Notes: a model not told the origin generated them from the letters alone. A DNA stretch of 46,750 nucleotides from Octopus bimaculoides (GCF_001194135.2 NC_068984.1:66281962-66328711); one strand, 5' to 3'. Counted from the first letter of the stretch, positions 23,868 to 35,710 are shown. Made by a program: numbers and translations.

Positions 23868-24359
23868 AAAAGATATGCAAATGGGACAATTCCCTTATAT
23901 TTGAGAGACTGATAGAATTGCTGTACAAAGCACCTGTCAAACCCATATCTTCTCTGTGAAAGAGGGATGCTAAAAGGACGATTATGTTGCATATATGTTT
24001 TTGATGACATGTGTCATGGAGTTGATGTTAGCTATTGTTATTCATTCATGTATGCAGTCGTAGGTTTGCCAGAATCATTTATTGCTTCACAAACAAAATG
24101 ATTTTAATATCTTGGCCAGTCAATAAATATATAAAATAAGTAAAAGAATACAAAACAAAATATTGTTTAATTATTAAAACAAACAGGGAAATGTTGTATC
24201 CATGGACACAAACAGAGACACACTATACACTACGAATTACATTATATATTCTCAAAGAATAATATTATTTGAATTATGTATGGATCTATTCAAGCAAACA
24301 ACGTACATACACACATACTGAAAATGAATTGAAGGGAAAAAACAAAACAGAATCAATCT

Positions 24360-25200
24360 AGATCAATTTCTAAATATTACTTGTCTTCATAACTGAATCC
24401 GGCTACCATCCGAACAATAAGGGATGTTGTTGGAGAATGAGGGTTGATGGGGGAAATGAGAGACATGTTGTATTTCCTGATAAATTCACTAACAGCAATC
24501 AGATGGCTCATAACTATGATTTTTTAATAACCTTCTTTTCATCATTGCATCGATGACAGTGCTGGTGGTAATATCTCGCCGACATCTCATCCTCTCACCA
24601 GTCACTAACACACTGTACTATATGAATGAATGTTCTTTTCTCTGTGTAAACAAAGCGTAAATCATGTAGATTTTTTGTTTTCTTTACATTATTATTATTA
24701 TTATTATTTCATGATTGGTTTCAGGAAATAATGTTTTTTTTGTTTTTATTCATGATTTATTTTTTTGTTACATGAGAAAGAAAGTAGAAATCAACCACAA
24801 AAAACAACTGAAACAAATCTAAACAAGTTTCTTCCTCGCCTGAACAAAACTTGTGATTATTATTAGTGTATTTCAGCAAATAAAGATAAACTTTTTATTT
24901 AGTTATTTGCTTTAGATGGCTATTATTTTCTCTTTGAATATTTTAAAGCGTAGTATAACAATATCCTTTTATACTATATTATAGACTTTTATTAAAACTA
25001 GGAATGTATTTAAGTGTAAAACGTATGTACGTGTGTGTATGTGTATGTGTGAACGCAAGTATGTACATATGTATAAATATATGTAATTTATCCGATTAGT
25101 TCATAGAAATAGGACATTTTAAGAATAATCTCCCCAGTCATCCGCGATGTACTAAAAAATAAAAGGAAGAATTTGAACCGTAGAAAGCACTACTGTGGTG
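24360..25200. promoter_or_regulatory. Relatively CpG-retaining unique region, candidate promoter or first exon
   Basis: Visible CpG cluster (CCGGC, TCCGA, ATCGA, CTCGCCGA, TCCGCGA) in an otherwise CpG-poor window; short minus ORF 24511-24381 ending at GACAA|gtaata; CpG density not computed. Confidence 0.3.
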
Positions 25201-25511
25201 AAGAAGTTTTGCGTTCAAAATTTCCAGTTATTTAAAACTAGGATCAATCTTCAAAGTTCATTGCAATATAGAAAGAAGTCTTGCTTTGCAGTGTATAATC
25301 CTGGCATGGGCAATCTGTATCAAGAAGCAAGTTACGCCAGACATGGTTCATCATCAAGCAGGGCTCACACGATTAAAAAAAAATCAAGTTAACTTTTTAT
25401 TAGGCTTATAATTCAGAAACCCCTGTGGGCTGTTTGACCTGTTTATTAAAGATGATTGTGTATAAAGTTCCAAAGTAGACCTTATCAAATAAGGAACACA
25501 CAAAATACACA

Positions 25512-25739
25512 TTAACCCTTTCCTTACCAACCTGGCTGAAACCAGCTCTGGCTCTGAGTACAAATGTCTTGTTTTCATAAGTTTTGAATTAAAATTTTCC
25601 ACCAGACCATAGTCACAATTTATGTTCTTAACACTAGCTGAATGATAACTAAGTTATTTTACTAAATTCTTTGTTATATTTAAAGAAGTTGAAAGAAACA
25701 CAGAGCATCTCAAAATAAATACAGTAACGAAAGGGTTAA
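25512..25739. mobile_element. piggyBac-type MITE family M2 with TTAA target duplication
   Basis: TTAA-CCCTTTCCTTAC...GTAACGAAAGGG-TTAA (TIR 11/12); element 25516-25735 = 220 bp. Confidence 0.85.
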
Positions 25740-25784
25740 ATATGTAATTTATACTATACTATCCAAATCTGAGTTTCTCATTTA

Positions 25785-26215
25785 TTTAATAAGGCAAAGT
25801 CGACCTCAAGAGAATTTGAACTCAGATAACCTTACTATTTAAAGGTTAATGAGGACAACAAGTTGAAAGAATCGTTAGCATGCCAGGCAAAGTGTTTATT
25901 GGCATTTTGTTTGTCTTTACACTCCAAGTTCAAATTCTGCTGTGGTTGACTTTGTCTTTCATCAAATCCGAAAGATGAAATGCCACTAAACATTTTGCCC
26001 AGCCTGCTAATGATTCTCCCAGCTTGTTTCCATCATTAACCTTTAAATCTTAAGGTTATTGGAGTTCAAATTCTCCTGAGGTCGACTTGTTCAAATTCTT
26101 CTGAGATCCTCTCAGGATCGATATGATAAGTACCAGTTGAGCACTGGGTTCAATGCAAGCGACTTACCCCCTCCTCTGAAATTGCCAGCCTTGTACCAAA
26201 AGTTTGAAACCAATA
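25785..26215. mobile_element. Cluster of four family M SINE fragments in both orientations
   Basis: GGCAAAGTCGACC...AATTTGAACTC(-), GAATCGTTAGCATGCCAGGCAAA(+), CATTTTGCCCAGCCTGCTAATGATTCT(-), GAGTTCAAATTCTCCTGAGGTCGAC(+). Confidence 0.75.
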
Positions 26216-26829
26216 TAAAAATTATTAAATAAATGAGAAAGTCATATTTGGATAGTATTTAATGTGTATTTCGTATGTTTCTAATCTGATAAATGCCATG
26301 TACTATGCAAATGTCATTTGAAACATCTATTTAATATACTAATTTCTCATACCAATTTATTGGTTTTAAATTTATTTGCCAATCAGCTGTTGTGCTATTT
26401 CATTTTAGACTGATTTTTCTTTATACATATGATGAATGCAGAAAAGATAAGCGTAATTTTTATAAAATATAATTTAACATCATGCTTCTTAGTTGTCAAA
26501 ATATCACCATAGACTATAAAAAAAAACCTATCTTGATAATTGAGCAAACATAAATAAAGTTGTGGAAAAAAATGGGTTTTTTTTTTTTTAATTCTTGAAA
26601 GAGATGTCACATTTTATCTAAATACCACAAATAATAATAATTAAATAATATTTTAAGTAGCTTATTAGTTGACAGTAAATGAATGTACACAATGACAACA
26701 ATTTATATAATAACATGGTTTAGACAGGATTCCCCCACCGTGTATTTCTTATTCAGTATTTCAAATTTTCAAATATGTACATAAAGAATGACCCCAGGTA
26801 CAAAAATGAAGCAGACCATTTAGAAAAAT

Positions 26830-27103
26830 TTGCATTCCATTGGTTACCTCAAGAGTTCCAGTTGCAACGATCAATGGAACAGCCTTCTTTTGAAATTAAT
26901 GTGCAAGTGACTGAGCACTCCACAGACATGTGTACTCTTAATGTAGTTCTCAGGGAGATTCCTTGAATCTCCCATTGAATTACAAGTACAACCTATTTTT
27001 TTCAGCTGGAGCAAGGTGAAAATGAAGTGTCTTGCTCAAGGACACAATGTACCATCAGGTGTTGAACTTACAACCTTATGATCATGAGCCAAATACCATA
27101 ACT
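26830..27103 (-). mobile_element. Family C-type SINE with TCTGTGGAGTGCTCAG tail
   Basis: Reverse-complement head GTGTCCTTGAGCAAGACACTTCA; explains ORF 26775..26966. Confidence 0.75.
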
Positions 27104-27104
27104 C

Positions 27105-27290
27105 CATTTAGCTGGCAGAAACGAGTAGGCAAGCCTTGTCACATTCTGTTTCATGCTGAATCTTCCTGAGAACTATGTTAAGGTCTGTGGAGTGCTCAGC
27201 CACTTGCATGTTAATTTCATGAGCAAGCTGTTCCATTGATTGGATCAAGTGGAATACTCATCATCATAACCGATGAAGTACCAGGCCATA
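27105..27290 (+). mobile_element. Same SINE 3' half in the opposite orientation
   Basis: CCTGAGAACTA...GTCTGTGGAGTGCTCAGCCACTTGCA...CTGTTCCATTGAT. Confidence 0.75.
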
Positions 27291-27690
27291 TAGAAACTAC
27301 ATGCTGGAATCCTTGAATGTCTGTAAAAATTCTGAAGTATGGTGCTTTATTGTTTATAAAATAAGCTAAATTGATGAAGTAGGTAGGTATGCATATCCAA
27401 CCTCCAGTAAAAAACAAAAAGGACTGCTTAGAAATGGCATGCTACGTTCACCTAATTTCAAATAGATCATCATTTTATCTATGTGACAACTAAGATTAAG
27501 TAAACTGAGTTAATTAAAGTTTTATGTTATATTTTGTAGACATAAAACATTGAACCATAGAATATTTTTGATATTGGGGAGGAATTTCATATGTAGTGTA
27601 AAATAATAATTTGTGACGAAGTTATGGGGGCATAAACAAACCAACAGAGGTTGTCAAGGAGTGGTGACACATCATACATATACATATATA

Positions 27691-27960
27691 CGATAGACTT
27701 CTTCAGTTTCTGTCTACCAAATCCATTTACAAAGGTTTGATTGGCTTGAGGCTAGAGTAGAAGGTACCTGCCCAGAGTGCCATGCAGTGGGACTGAACTC
27801 CAAACTATATGGTTGTGAAGCAAACTCCTTACTGCACAGTCATGTCTGCTCCTGTCTTGGATTACATTATTGAAGGCTTCTTGTTTTCAACCAAGTTTAT
27901 GTTGCTATCTGAGGGAAATTTAGCTGCTACTTCTAGCAAGTTGAGCAATCATGCAAAGGT
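27691..27960 (-). mobile_element. Family A SINE 5' half plus family B fragment
   Basis: CTTCAGTTTCTGTCTACCAAATCC...GCAGTGGGACTGAAC, then GAGGGAAATTTAGCTGCTACTTCTAGC. Confidence 0.75.
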
Positions 27961-28779
27961 TCCCTTGGCTCGTATTAGTACAAACAGAAATATTTATAAG
28001 CTGATGGGGAAGTATGCTTAAATAATAATGATAAAAAAAAGCTGTAATTTTCAATTAAGAAGCTGCTAATCAATAATTCTGCTGTAGTTACAGCGTCCGT
28101 TGTATGTGCTGAGCTGTTTGATAGGTTATAGGCATTAATGCTCATGACCATTTCCTTCCATTGAAAGCAGTTTTGCACCTGTTTCATTCACATACATACA
28201 GGCATATATATATATGCATGTTTGTATATAGTGTCCATCTATTACAGTACTGAAATATTTATGTAGGTATTTGTCATGTCTAGCCATAAACAAAGAGTTT
28301 TATGGTATCTTTTGCTGTAATAATTTTTAAAAGCTTCTTGCTTTTTTTTCTTCTTTGACAGTAACTGTAAAAGCTTCCATAATTAACCAAAACTAAATAG
28401 CATTTCATCTTTTACAGCTAAACCAAATAAATAAGTAAAATCTATTTTCTTTGCAGATCGTATATATTTAGTCATTTTGTTTTACAAACTTAAGACGTAA
28501 GATAAAACTATAACAAGAATAAAAAAAATTATGTGGGGAAAGTGTAAATAAATATGACACAATTTGACAAAAAAATATATAAATATGTATAAATACATAA
28601 AATAAGTGATAAAATGGTTGTTCAGACTATAAAATGACTGATAAAGCAAATAGCCCTTAGCTTTTGAAAACAAAATTTCTGACAAGTAAAATGTACTTTT
28701 AATTTTATTAAATAGTTTAATTAAAATCAAGAAAATGAAAAATAATCTACTCTAGAAATAAAATGTTTGTAGCGTTGGC

Positions 28780-28780
<1 letters not shown>

Positions 28781-28839
<59 letters not shown>

Positions 28840-29194
28840 TTGTCTTTTAAAGTTTAATATGATTAAATAACTGAAAAATTTTATTTGAATTTCCTTTATT
28901 TTCTACCCCTTGCTCTCTCTCTGTTTCTTGTTTTCCATTCTTTTCCCCCTCTCTCTTGCTCTGCATTTCCTTCTTCTTCTCTCATTCTAGATTTCCTTCT
29001 TCCTCTCTCACTCTACATTTCCATACTCCTCATTCACTCAACCTTCTCCCTCTCTCTCTCACTCTACATTCTCTTTCACCTTTCTTTCATTTTACATTTC
29101 TCCTCCTCACTACATTTCTTCCCTCCTTCGGACTACATTATTTTTCTGCTTTCTTTCACTCTATATTTTCTCCCCCCCCTTCTTTCTCTAGTCT

Positions 29195-29234
<40 letters not shown>

Positions 29235-29315
29235 CTTTCTTTTGTTTCTCATCTCTTTTCAATCCCTCTACATTCTCCTCCTCCTATATCTATCACCACA
29301 ATTTCTCCCCACCCC
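28781..29315. repeat. (ATT)n followed by a long polypyrimidine (CT-rich) tract
   Basis: Directly visible; explains ORFs 28885..29397 and 28956..29369. Confidence 0.95.
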
Positions 29316-29425
29316 CATCTCTACTGCAAATGCACTTATAGCTTTGTTTACCTGTTGTTTGTCAACTGATGTTGACAGATTAGTTAATTTCCACTGATTT
29401 ACAAATACATATGTATCTCCTTTAG

Positions 29426-29540
29426 TAGTGGTTATGGCTCGCAATACCTTTGGATTGGATATGCCATTAAATGAACGAGGCTTAAGTATACTGGCTAATC
29501 CAACATTTAATCAAATGGAATTAGAAAAACATCAACCAGA
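29426..29540 (+). CDS. Candidate coding exon 1 of a small plus-strand gene
   Basis: gtatctcctttag|TAG..ATG(29434) MARNTFGLDMPLNERGLSILANPTFNQMELEKHQP, weak donor CCAGA|gtgata; an overlapping minus frame is also open. Confidence 0.35.
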
Positions 29541-29858
29541 GTGATAAAATGTCAGTGATAAAGACCACTTTTGACACACTTAAATCTACTGTTACCATTA
29601 TGCTATTGTCATTAGTAACAGCAGTATCATTATTGATGCTGTTGCAGCTCACTATTGTTATTCTAATCATCTCTATTCTCTTCTTTGTGCATTTTTACTT
29701 TCCCTACGGTTTTAATCTTTATTATGCTATTTGGGAAAGTCACTTGCTATAACTATTAATTCGCTCTGGTAATTATGTAAGTCGGGGGGGGGGGGATTGT
29801 TTGTTCTTGTGTTTTATATTCGGTCTTTTTCTATTATAGCAGCGACTCTCTTTTATAG

Positions 29859-29929
29859 GCAAGGTCAAACAGACAAACATGCTTTGCAATGGACTGTTGA
29901 ATATCGGCATGAATATCAAAATAAAAAAG
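29859..29929 (+). CDS. Candidate coding exon 2 (71 nt)
   Basis: ctctcttttatag|GCAAGG...AAAAAG|gtaaaa; phase-compatible with exon 1, giving E-QGQTDKHALQWTVEYRHEYQNKK. Confidence 0.4.
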
Positions 29930-30325
29930 GTAAAAAAAAAAACAAAAGAATATTGGACAGGGGAATTAGATAAACGAAAATAAAATTCCTGATAAAAATA
30001 CAAATTTTAGCTGAGGGAAAAAATTCACATAAAAAATGTTTCAATTCGTTTAAATGCCACAAATAATAGTTACAGTAATTAAACAAATATTTTCAGTCAT
30101 ATATTAACTGACAATTATGACTTGTACATAATGACAACACAATTTATATAATGCCATTACACTATGTGAATAAAAAAAATCACATTTTATTCAACAAATA
30201 AAAAAAAACATTAAATCACATTAAATCAGTGATTTATTTTGGTATTTCTGTGACTATTATTTTAACCTGTTTTCAGGAATTGGGTTAATAACACTCAATC
30301 TGCATTGAAAAATACCCAAGCTGAT

Positions 30326-30695
30326 TGTTTACTTGTTTCAGTCATTTGACTGTGGCTATGTTGATGCACCACTTTGAAAGGTTTTAGTCAAACAAATCAA
30401 CCACAGGACTTTTTTTTTTATTATTCTTTAAGCCTGGTATTTATTCTATCGGCCTCTTTACTGAACCACTAAGTTGCAGGGGTATAAGCAAATCCACACC
30501 AATTGTCAAGTGCTAGTGACACTCCACCCATATACACAAATAAATGTATACAAGTTTCCAGCTTCCAAATCTACTCACAAAGTTTTGGTCAGCCTGGAGC
30601 TACAGTAAAAGACACCTGCCTAATGTGCCACACAGTGGGACTGAAACCCAAGATGAAGGTTGGGAAGTAAGTTCCTTAACCACTCGGCCACGTCA
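30326..30695 (-). mobile_element. Full-length family A SINE
   Basis: TTTACTTGTTTCAGTCATTTGAC through CACAGTGGGACTGAAACCC. Confidence 0.85.
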
Positions 30696-31388
30696 CATTT
30701 TACATGAATTTATGATGAAATTCTTAGGATGACCCTATGCTTTCATCCTTCTTACATATGCAAAATGACATAACAGTTAAGAACTGGGGCTCACAATTGA
30801 CTATTCTTATTGTAGAGAATCTGTGGCCTTAATGCCTTCTTATAAAGAGTATAATGTGGAAGGGAAAATCAATAGACTGGAGTATTGCATTTGTTGCTTT
30901 AATTTTAGTTTAAAGCCTATCTTTTTATCGAATTTCAAATTTTAGAAACATCTATTTTATTAATTTTGTTTTGTTAACTATACTTGTAATTACTTGTTCA
31001 ACTTGTAATTACTTGTTTGAAGTAATTACAATTGCATTTAAAACAGAAATTTTTGAAAAAAAAAAATTATAGCGATGGGGTGTGCTTATTCCAAAACTCC
31101 ACCTTCTTTTTAAGTTCTTGTTTGAGTTTTTATGAATAATTATATTTTTATGAAATATTTGGTTCACTGTCATTTAAAAAATTTTTTTTGAAGTGCAGCC
31201 TTGTTAGATGATAGTTAATATCCATGTGGCTTTCTGACATTAAAAGCTTCCTCAATCTCTGGATACACCCATAAAGCCAGTGTCCAATAGCATTAGTCAC
31301 AAAGTAATTGTTTGAAAGTAGTAAAAAAAAAATGAAAAAATTAGTTTATCTTTTTAGTTCATGCACAGTATTCCCTATTATTTATTAA

Positions 31389-32512
31389 GGTGGTGAGCTG
31401 GGCAGAATGCTTAGCTGTATTTCATCTGCCTGTACATTCTGAGTTCAAATTCTGCTGAAGTTGTCTTTAATTTCCATCCCGTTTTGGTCGATAAAATGAC
31501 TACCAGTTGAATACTGGGGTTGAGATAATCAAGTGTACCTCCTCGAACCTGCTGAATTTGTGCCAAAATTTGAAACCATTATTATTTTTATTAAGGTGTT
31601 GAGCTTGCAGACTTGTTAACATATTGAGCAAAATGCTTAGTGGCCTTTTGTCTCTCTTTATGTTCTGAGTTCAAATTCTGCCAAGGTCATCTTTGCCTTA
31701 CATCCTCTCAGAGTTGATAAAGTTAAGTAGCTGTTGAGTACTGGTTTCAATGCAATTGACTAGCCCCTCCCCATAACATTGCTGGTCTTCAACCAAAATT
31801 TGGAAGAATTACTATTATCATTTCTGATTAAGACACAAGATCAGCAATCTTATAGGAGTGGGATAGCTGATTGCAACAACCCTAGTGCTCAACTGGTACT
31901 TTATTTTATTAACCACATAAAAGGATGAAAGGCAAAATTTATCTTGGCGAGATTTATTCCTTCATTCATCCTTCTAAGATCAATGAAATAAAGTACCAAT
32001 CAAGTACTGAGATTGTTGGTAATGACAAATTCCCTTTTCCTCAAAATTCCCGGTCATGTACCTAAATCAGAAATCATTATTATATAAGGTAAGGTGGTGA
32101 GCTGGCACATTGGGCAAAATGCTTAGCGACATTTTGTCTATCCTTATGTTCTGAGTTCAAATTCTGCCAAGGTTGACTTTACTGTTCATCCTTTTGGGGT
32201 TGATAAATAAGTACCGGTCATGCGTAATTGACTAGCTGCTTCCCAATGAACTTGCTGGCCTTGTGCCAAAATTTGAAATTGCTATAATACAGGATGGTTT
32301 AGACTGGTTTAGAATGGTGGAAAATTGTTAGAACATTGGGCTTCATGAAATATTTGTACCAACTCTTACAGTTTGAGCTCAAATTCTGCTGAAGTCAACT
32401 TCACCTTTCATCAATTTGAGTTCAATAAAATACCAGTCAAGTACTCATATTAATGTAATCAACTAACCACCTCCCCCAAATTTCAAGCCTTCTCCCTATG
32501 TTATATTATAAA
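31389..32512. mobile_element. Chain of six family M SINEs (five +, one -)
   Basis: Repeated GGTGAGCTGG...GAGTTCAAATTCTG...AGTACCAGT...AAATTTGAAA units starting near 31389, 31595, 31850(-), 31956, 32092 and 32316. Confidence 0.85.
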
Positions 32513-33142
32513 GTCAGCTGTGAATTTTGTATATTTTCTGTTCATGGAATCCTTTATGATTCGCTAAGCAACTATCAATTTGTTTCACTTAATAGCTGGC
32601 CATTTTATGTATTTAAATTGGAAGATCATTTTCCACAAATCTAACTGCATATCTGAAGGATAACCAACACTGATGCGCAAGTTAAAATTTCTCTCTTGAT
32701 ACCCAACCCTTGTATAATGTAAAATTTGCTTTTTATGGTGTAATGCCAGAAATGCAACCATTTTTTAAAAAAATCTATTATTTGCTATATTTTTACTTAA
32801 GTAGTGTAAAGCTAAATTAGAAACTATAAACAAGAAAATATTTCTTACATGTTTAATAATCCTGGTTTGATTAAATGAAGATGGTTAGTATTACGGCATC
32901 TATAATATATTAATTATCTGATTCATTCAACCAATCTTATTTGAGAAAAATAATAATTAAGCTCAATTATTGTATGACAAGTTTAATGCATTGAAATGGA
33001 GAAATAGAATGGCAAGTCTATTAATTGGCATCTGATAAAAATAAAGTAAGTCTGTTAATTTGCTGTTGCTGATCAATTTGATTATTATAATTTAATTTAA
33101 AGTATTGTGGATCTCAGAAGTATTCTGGATATTAGATGAACT

Positions 33143-33364
33143 TTAACACTTTAGCATTAAACCAGCCATATCCATCCAACATATTCTACATGTTTGGATG
33201 AAACAGATTTGGTCTCTCACACCTACTCTACAACGGTCATTTTGGAAGTAAACAATCACATCAACAAAATCTTGAAGCTTACAAGATAATGCTTGATTAG
33301 TGCAAATCAGTGTGAATAAATAATCCTTAAATTTGACAGAGTAATCTGAATGCTAAAGGGTTTA
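33143..33364 (-). mobile_element. MITE family M1 copy
   Basis: TTAACACTTTAGCATT...AATGCTAAAGGGTTTA; interior is the reverse complement of 9274-9501. Confidence 0.8.
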
Positions 33365-33602
33365 GCATCAAACTTTTGGAAGTTGAAGGCAATAATACTA
33401 TATATAGACACAACATCGACTTTCTGGACTCTGATGGTCTAGAATTTACAAGTAGGAACTTCCAATTCCTGAAGCTGCCAGACAAGTTTACTGGGCAGCC
33501 CTATTTCACATTACCTTGTACTGCACAGCATTAATAAATTTGTACCATTTATACTAATGTACAGGTACCTGCATTTCATTTCATTTCATTTTTTAAGCAA
33601 TT

Positions 33603-33834
33603 CTAATCCTTTAACATTCAGTTTACTCTGTCAGATGTAATGCTTATTTTTTTTTACTTCATTTTAAATTAATCATGCATTATCTCATAGTTTTGAAATT
33701 TTGATGATGTGATTGTTTACTTTTTCATTAACATCATAAGGGACATGTGAGAGGCCAGATCTGGTCAGTTTGAGAATAAAATGGGTAGAATATTTTGGCC
33801 AGTTATAGCTGGTTTAAATGCTAAAAATGGTTAA
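33603..33834 (+). mobile_element. MITE family M1 copy
   Basis: CTAATCCTTTAACATTCAG...AAATGCTAAAAATGGTTAA. Confidence 0.8.
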
Positions 33835-33851
33835 TATTTCTTTAATTTCAG

Positions 33852-33937
33852 GTGTATTGAATAAGGTGACCACACCTGGTTCACAAAAATCAGTTGTCCA
33901 GAAAGGCTTTAAAACCAAAGGTTTCAGAAAATCATAA
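33852..33937 (+). CDS. Candidate terminal coding exon
   Basis: ttctttaatttcag|GTG; only phase 1 is open (matches exon 2): VLNKVTTPGSQKSVVQKGFKTKGFRKS*. Confidence 0.3.
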
Positions 33938-35193
33938 CATTAAAACAAAATACTGTTGTTGATGCTCCATACATGTGCCCACCCCCCCACACACACATGC
34001 AAACATGCTCAGTTAATTTACAAATGCAGCTAAAATCTTTTGGTATAATTCTAAGAAATCTTTAGTGTGAGAAATAAGTACTACTGGCACATCAGTAATT
34101 TATGTAACCAAACAAACTGCCAAGAGTCTGTCTAGTATTTAAATCAATCAATCAGATTTAGTTAGAAGTGTAAGAACAGCAGCTATAAATACAATTTTAC
34201 AATGACTTTAAGAAGTAGGGTAGTCAGTTGCTGCTTAAAGTTAATGAACTAGAAACGGCATTGTCCAGTAAAGCTGGTCCCTCTTTTACTATTATTCATG
34301 CAGTGGTTGTATCATAAACATGACAGACCTTGTACAACTGTCTCATATGTCTTGTAAATTTAATTAATTTATTTAATTTATGAATGCAGTGATGCGTAAG
34401 TTCTTTAGGTATGACCCAAAGTAATGCTTACAATACATACCTCTATATTTACATCTCTTGTGTGTAATAGACATATATATAAATTTTAAGAAAACAGAAA
34501 AATGGAGTAATATTGATGAACAACAATTGACTTACATAAATTATTACATATTAATTCATTACAAATAGACTGTATCCCATCTAACAGCTGTTTCTGCTTC
34601 AAATGTCGTGTGATATTGCCATTGATATGCTAAAAATATTTATCATATTTGATAATAACATAGGTAATTTACCGGTAGTATAATGGATACTGTTATCCCT
34701 TAGATGGTTATTTCAACCTCTAACTCAGCAAACCTTATATATATATATGGAGTAGTAATCACTGAAGAGCTTTAATTTCAAGTGAAACTGAAATTCTGGT
34801 ATGATGATCTCACTTGCTGTAGGGTAGTTAGCTCCCCTGTTAGTACATAGACTTGTGTCTTTTTGCAGCTAAGAGGGTTTTTACCTCTTATTTCTAGCAA
34901 TGTATGTGCTACTCTGTGTCATCAGTCACAATCAGTAACAAGTGAATTCTTCCTTTATGGTTTTATGTTGCTTTTGTCATTATATATATATAATACACAC
35001 ACACACACTTATATTTGTCACTGTTATTCAAATACATGTTGTTGGCCACTTCAAGTTATTTCTCTAAATTTATTTTTTGTTTTAAATTATGCAAATTACT
35101 TCGACCATAAATATTTTCTACTCTTTTTCTGTATTAGTCTAAATCTTTTGTCTTCTAGAGATACGGTCAGACAACTGCTGTGCTGATGACAGG

Positions 35194-35308
35194 TATTGAG
35201 TCAGAAACACATGTCCACAACTGTCCTCTTATCTCCGGATAATAACCCTGTGCTTTTCCTCAATGGCATGTCAATTTTGGAGAAATCTTGATTCTTGAGA
35301 TCATTCTC
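35194..35308 (+). repeat. Unclassified interspersed repeat, second copy at 45276-45389 (-)
   Basis: TATTGAG.CAGAAAC.CAT.TCCA...GTCCTCTT.TCTC...AATGGCAT.TCA...TCTTGATTCTTGA shared. Confidence 0.7.
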
Positions 35309-35634
35309 TCCTTCCCAAGTGGAGCTGGTCTTAAGTGCTATTTGATAATTATGGCACATCTATTTATCTCTCTATAAATACTATCAATCGGACATAATGT
35401 TTGTGCTTTGCTTGCTCACTAGATTTACTGTGGTATAGTGCTTGGGGACAATTCCCTTATAATACTAGGTGTTAAATTAAATTCAATCCAAGGTGAGTTG
35501 TCTTGCCTGTATATGACTTTCAAGTATCATACCACAGTGAATATGGTGAACAAACAAAGCACATACAATGAGTATCTGTGATCAATAATGTTTACATCAG
35601 TAATGCTGCTTTTAATTTTTAATTTGCTTTTGTA

Positions 35635-35676
<42 letters not shown>

Positions 35677-35700
35677 CACACACACACACACATATATATA

Positions 35701-35710
35701 NNNNNNNNNN
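35701..35710. other. Assembly gap (10 N) inside a TA/CA microsatellite
   Basis: Run of N. Confidence 1.

Noticed and set aside
6646-29397. Long low-complexity ORFs (6646..7029, 10341..10574, 10651..10842, 15085..15339, 15631..15936, 28885..29397, 28956..29369 and similar)
   Set aside because: They are translations of (GA)n, (AAT)n, (TA)n, (CA)n or CT-rich tracts that lack stops by composition
29549-29752. Hydrophobic 67-aa ORF as a membrane peptide
   Set aside because: Degenerate ATT/CAT/CTT-rich sequence yields hydrophobic codons automatically; no support beyond composition
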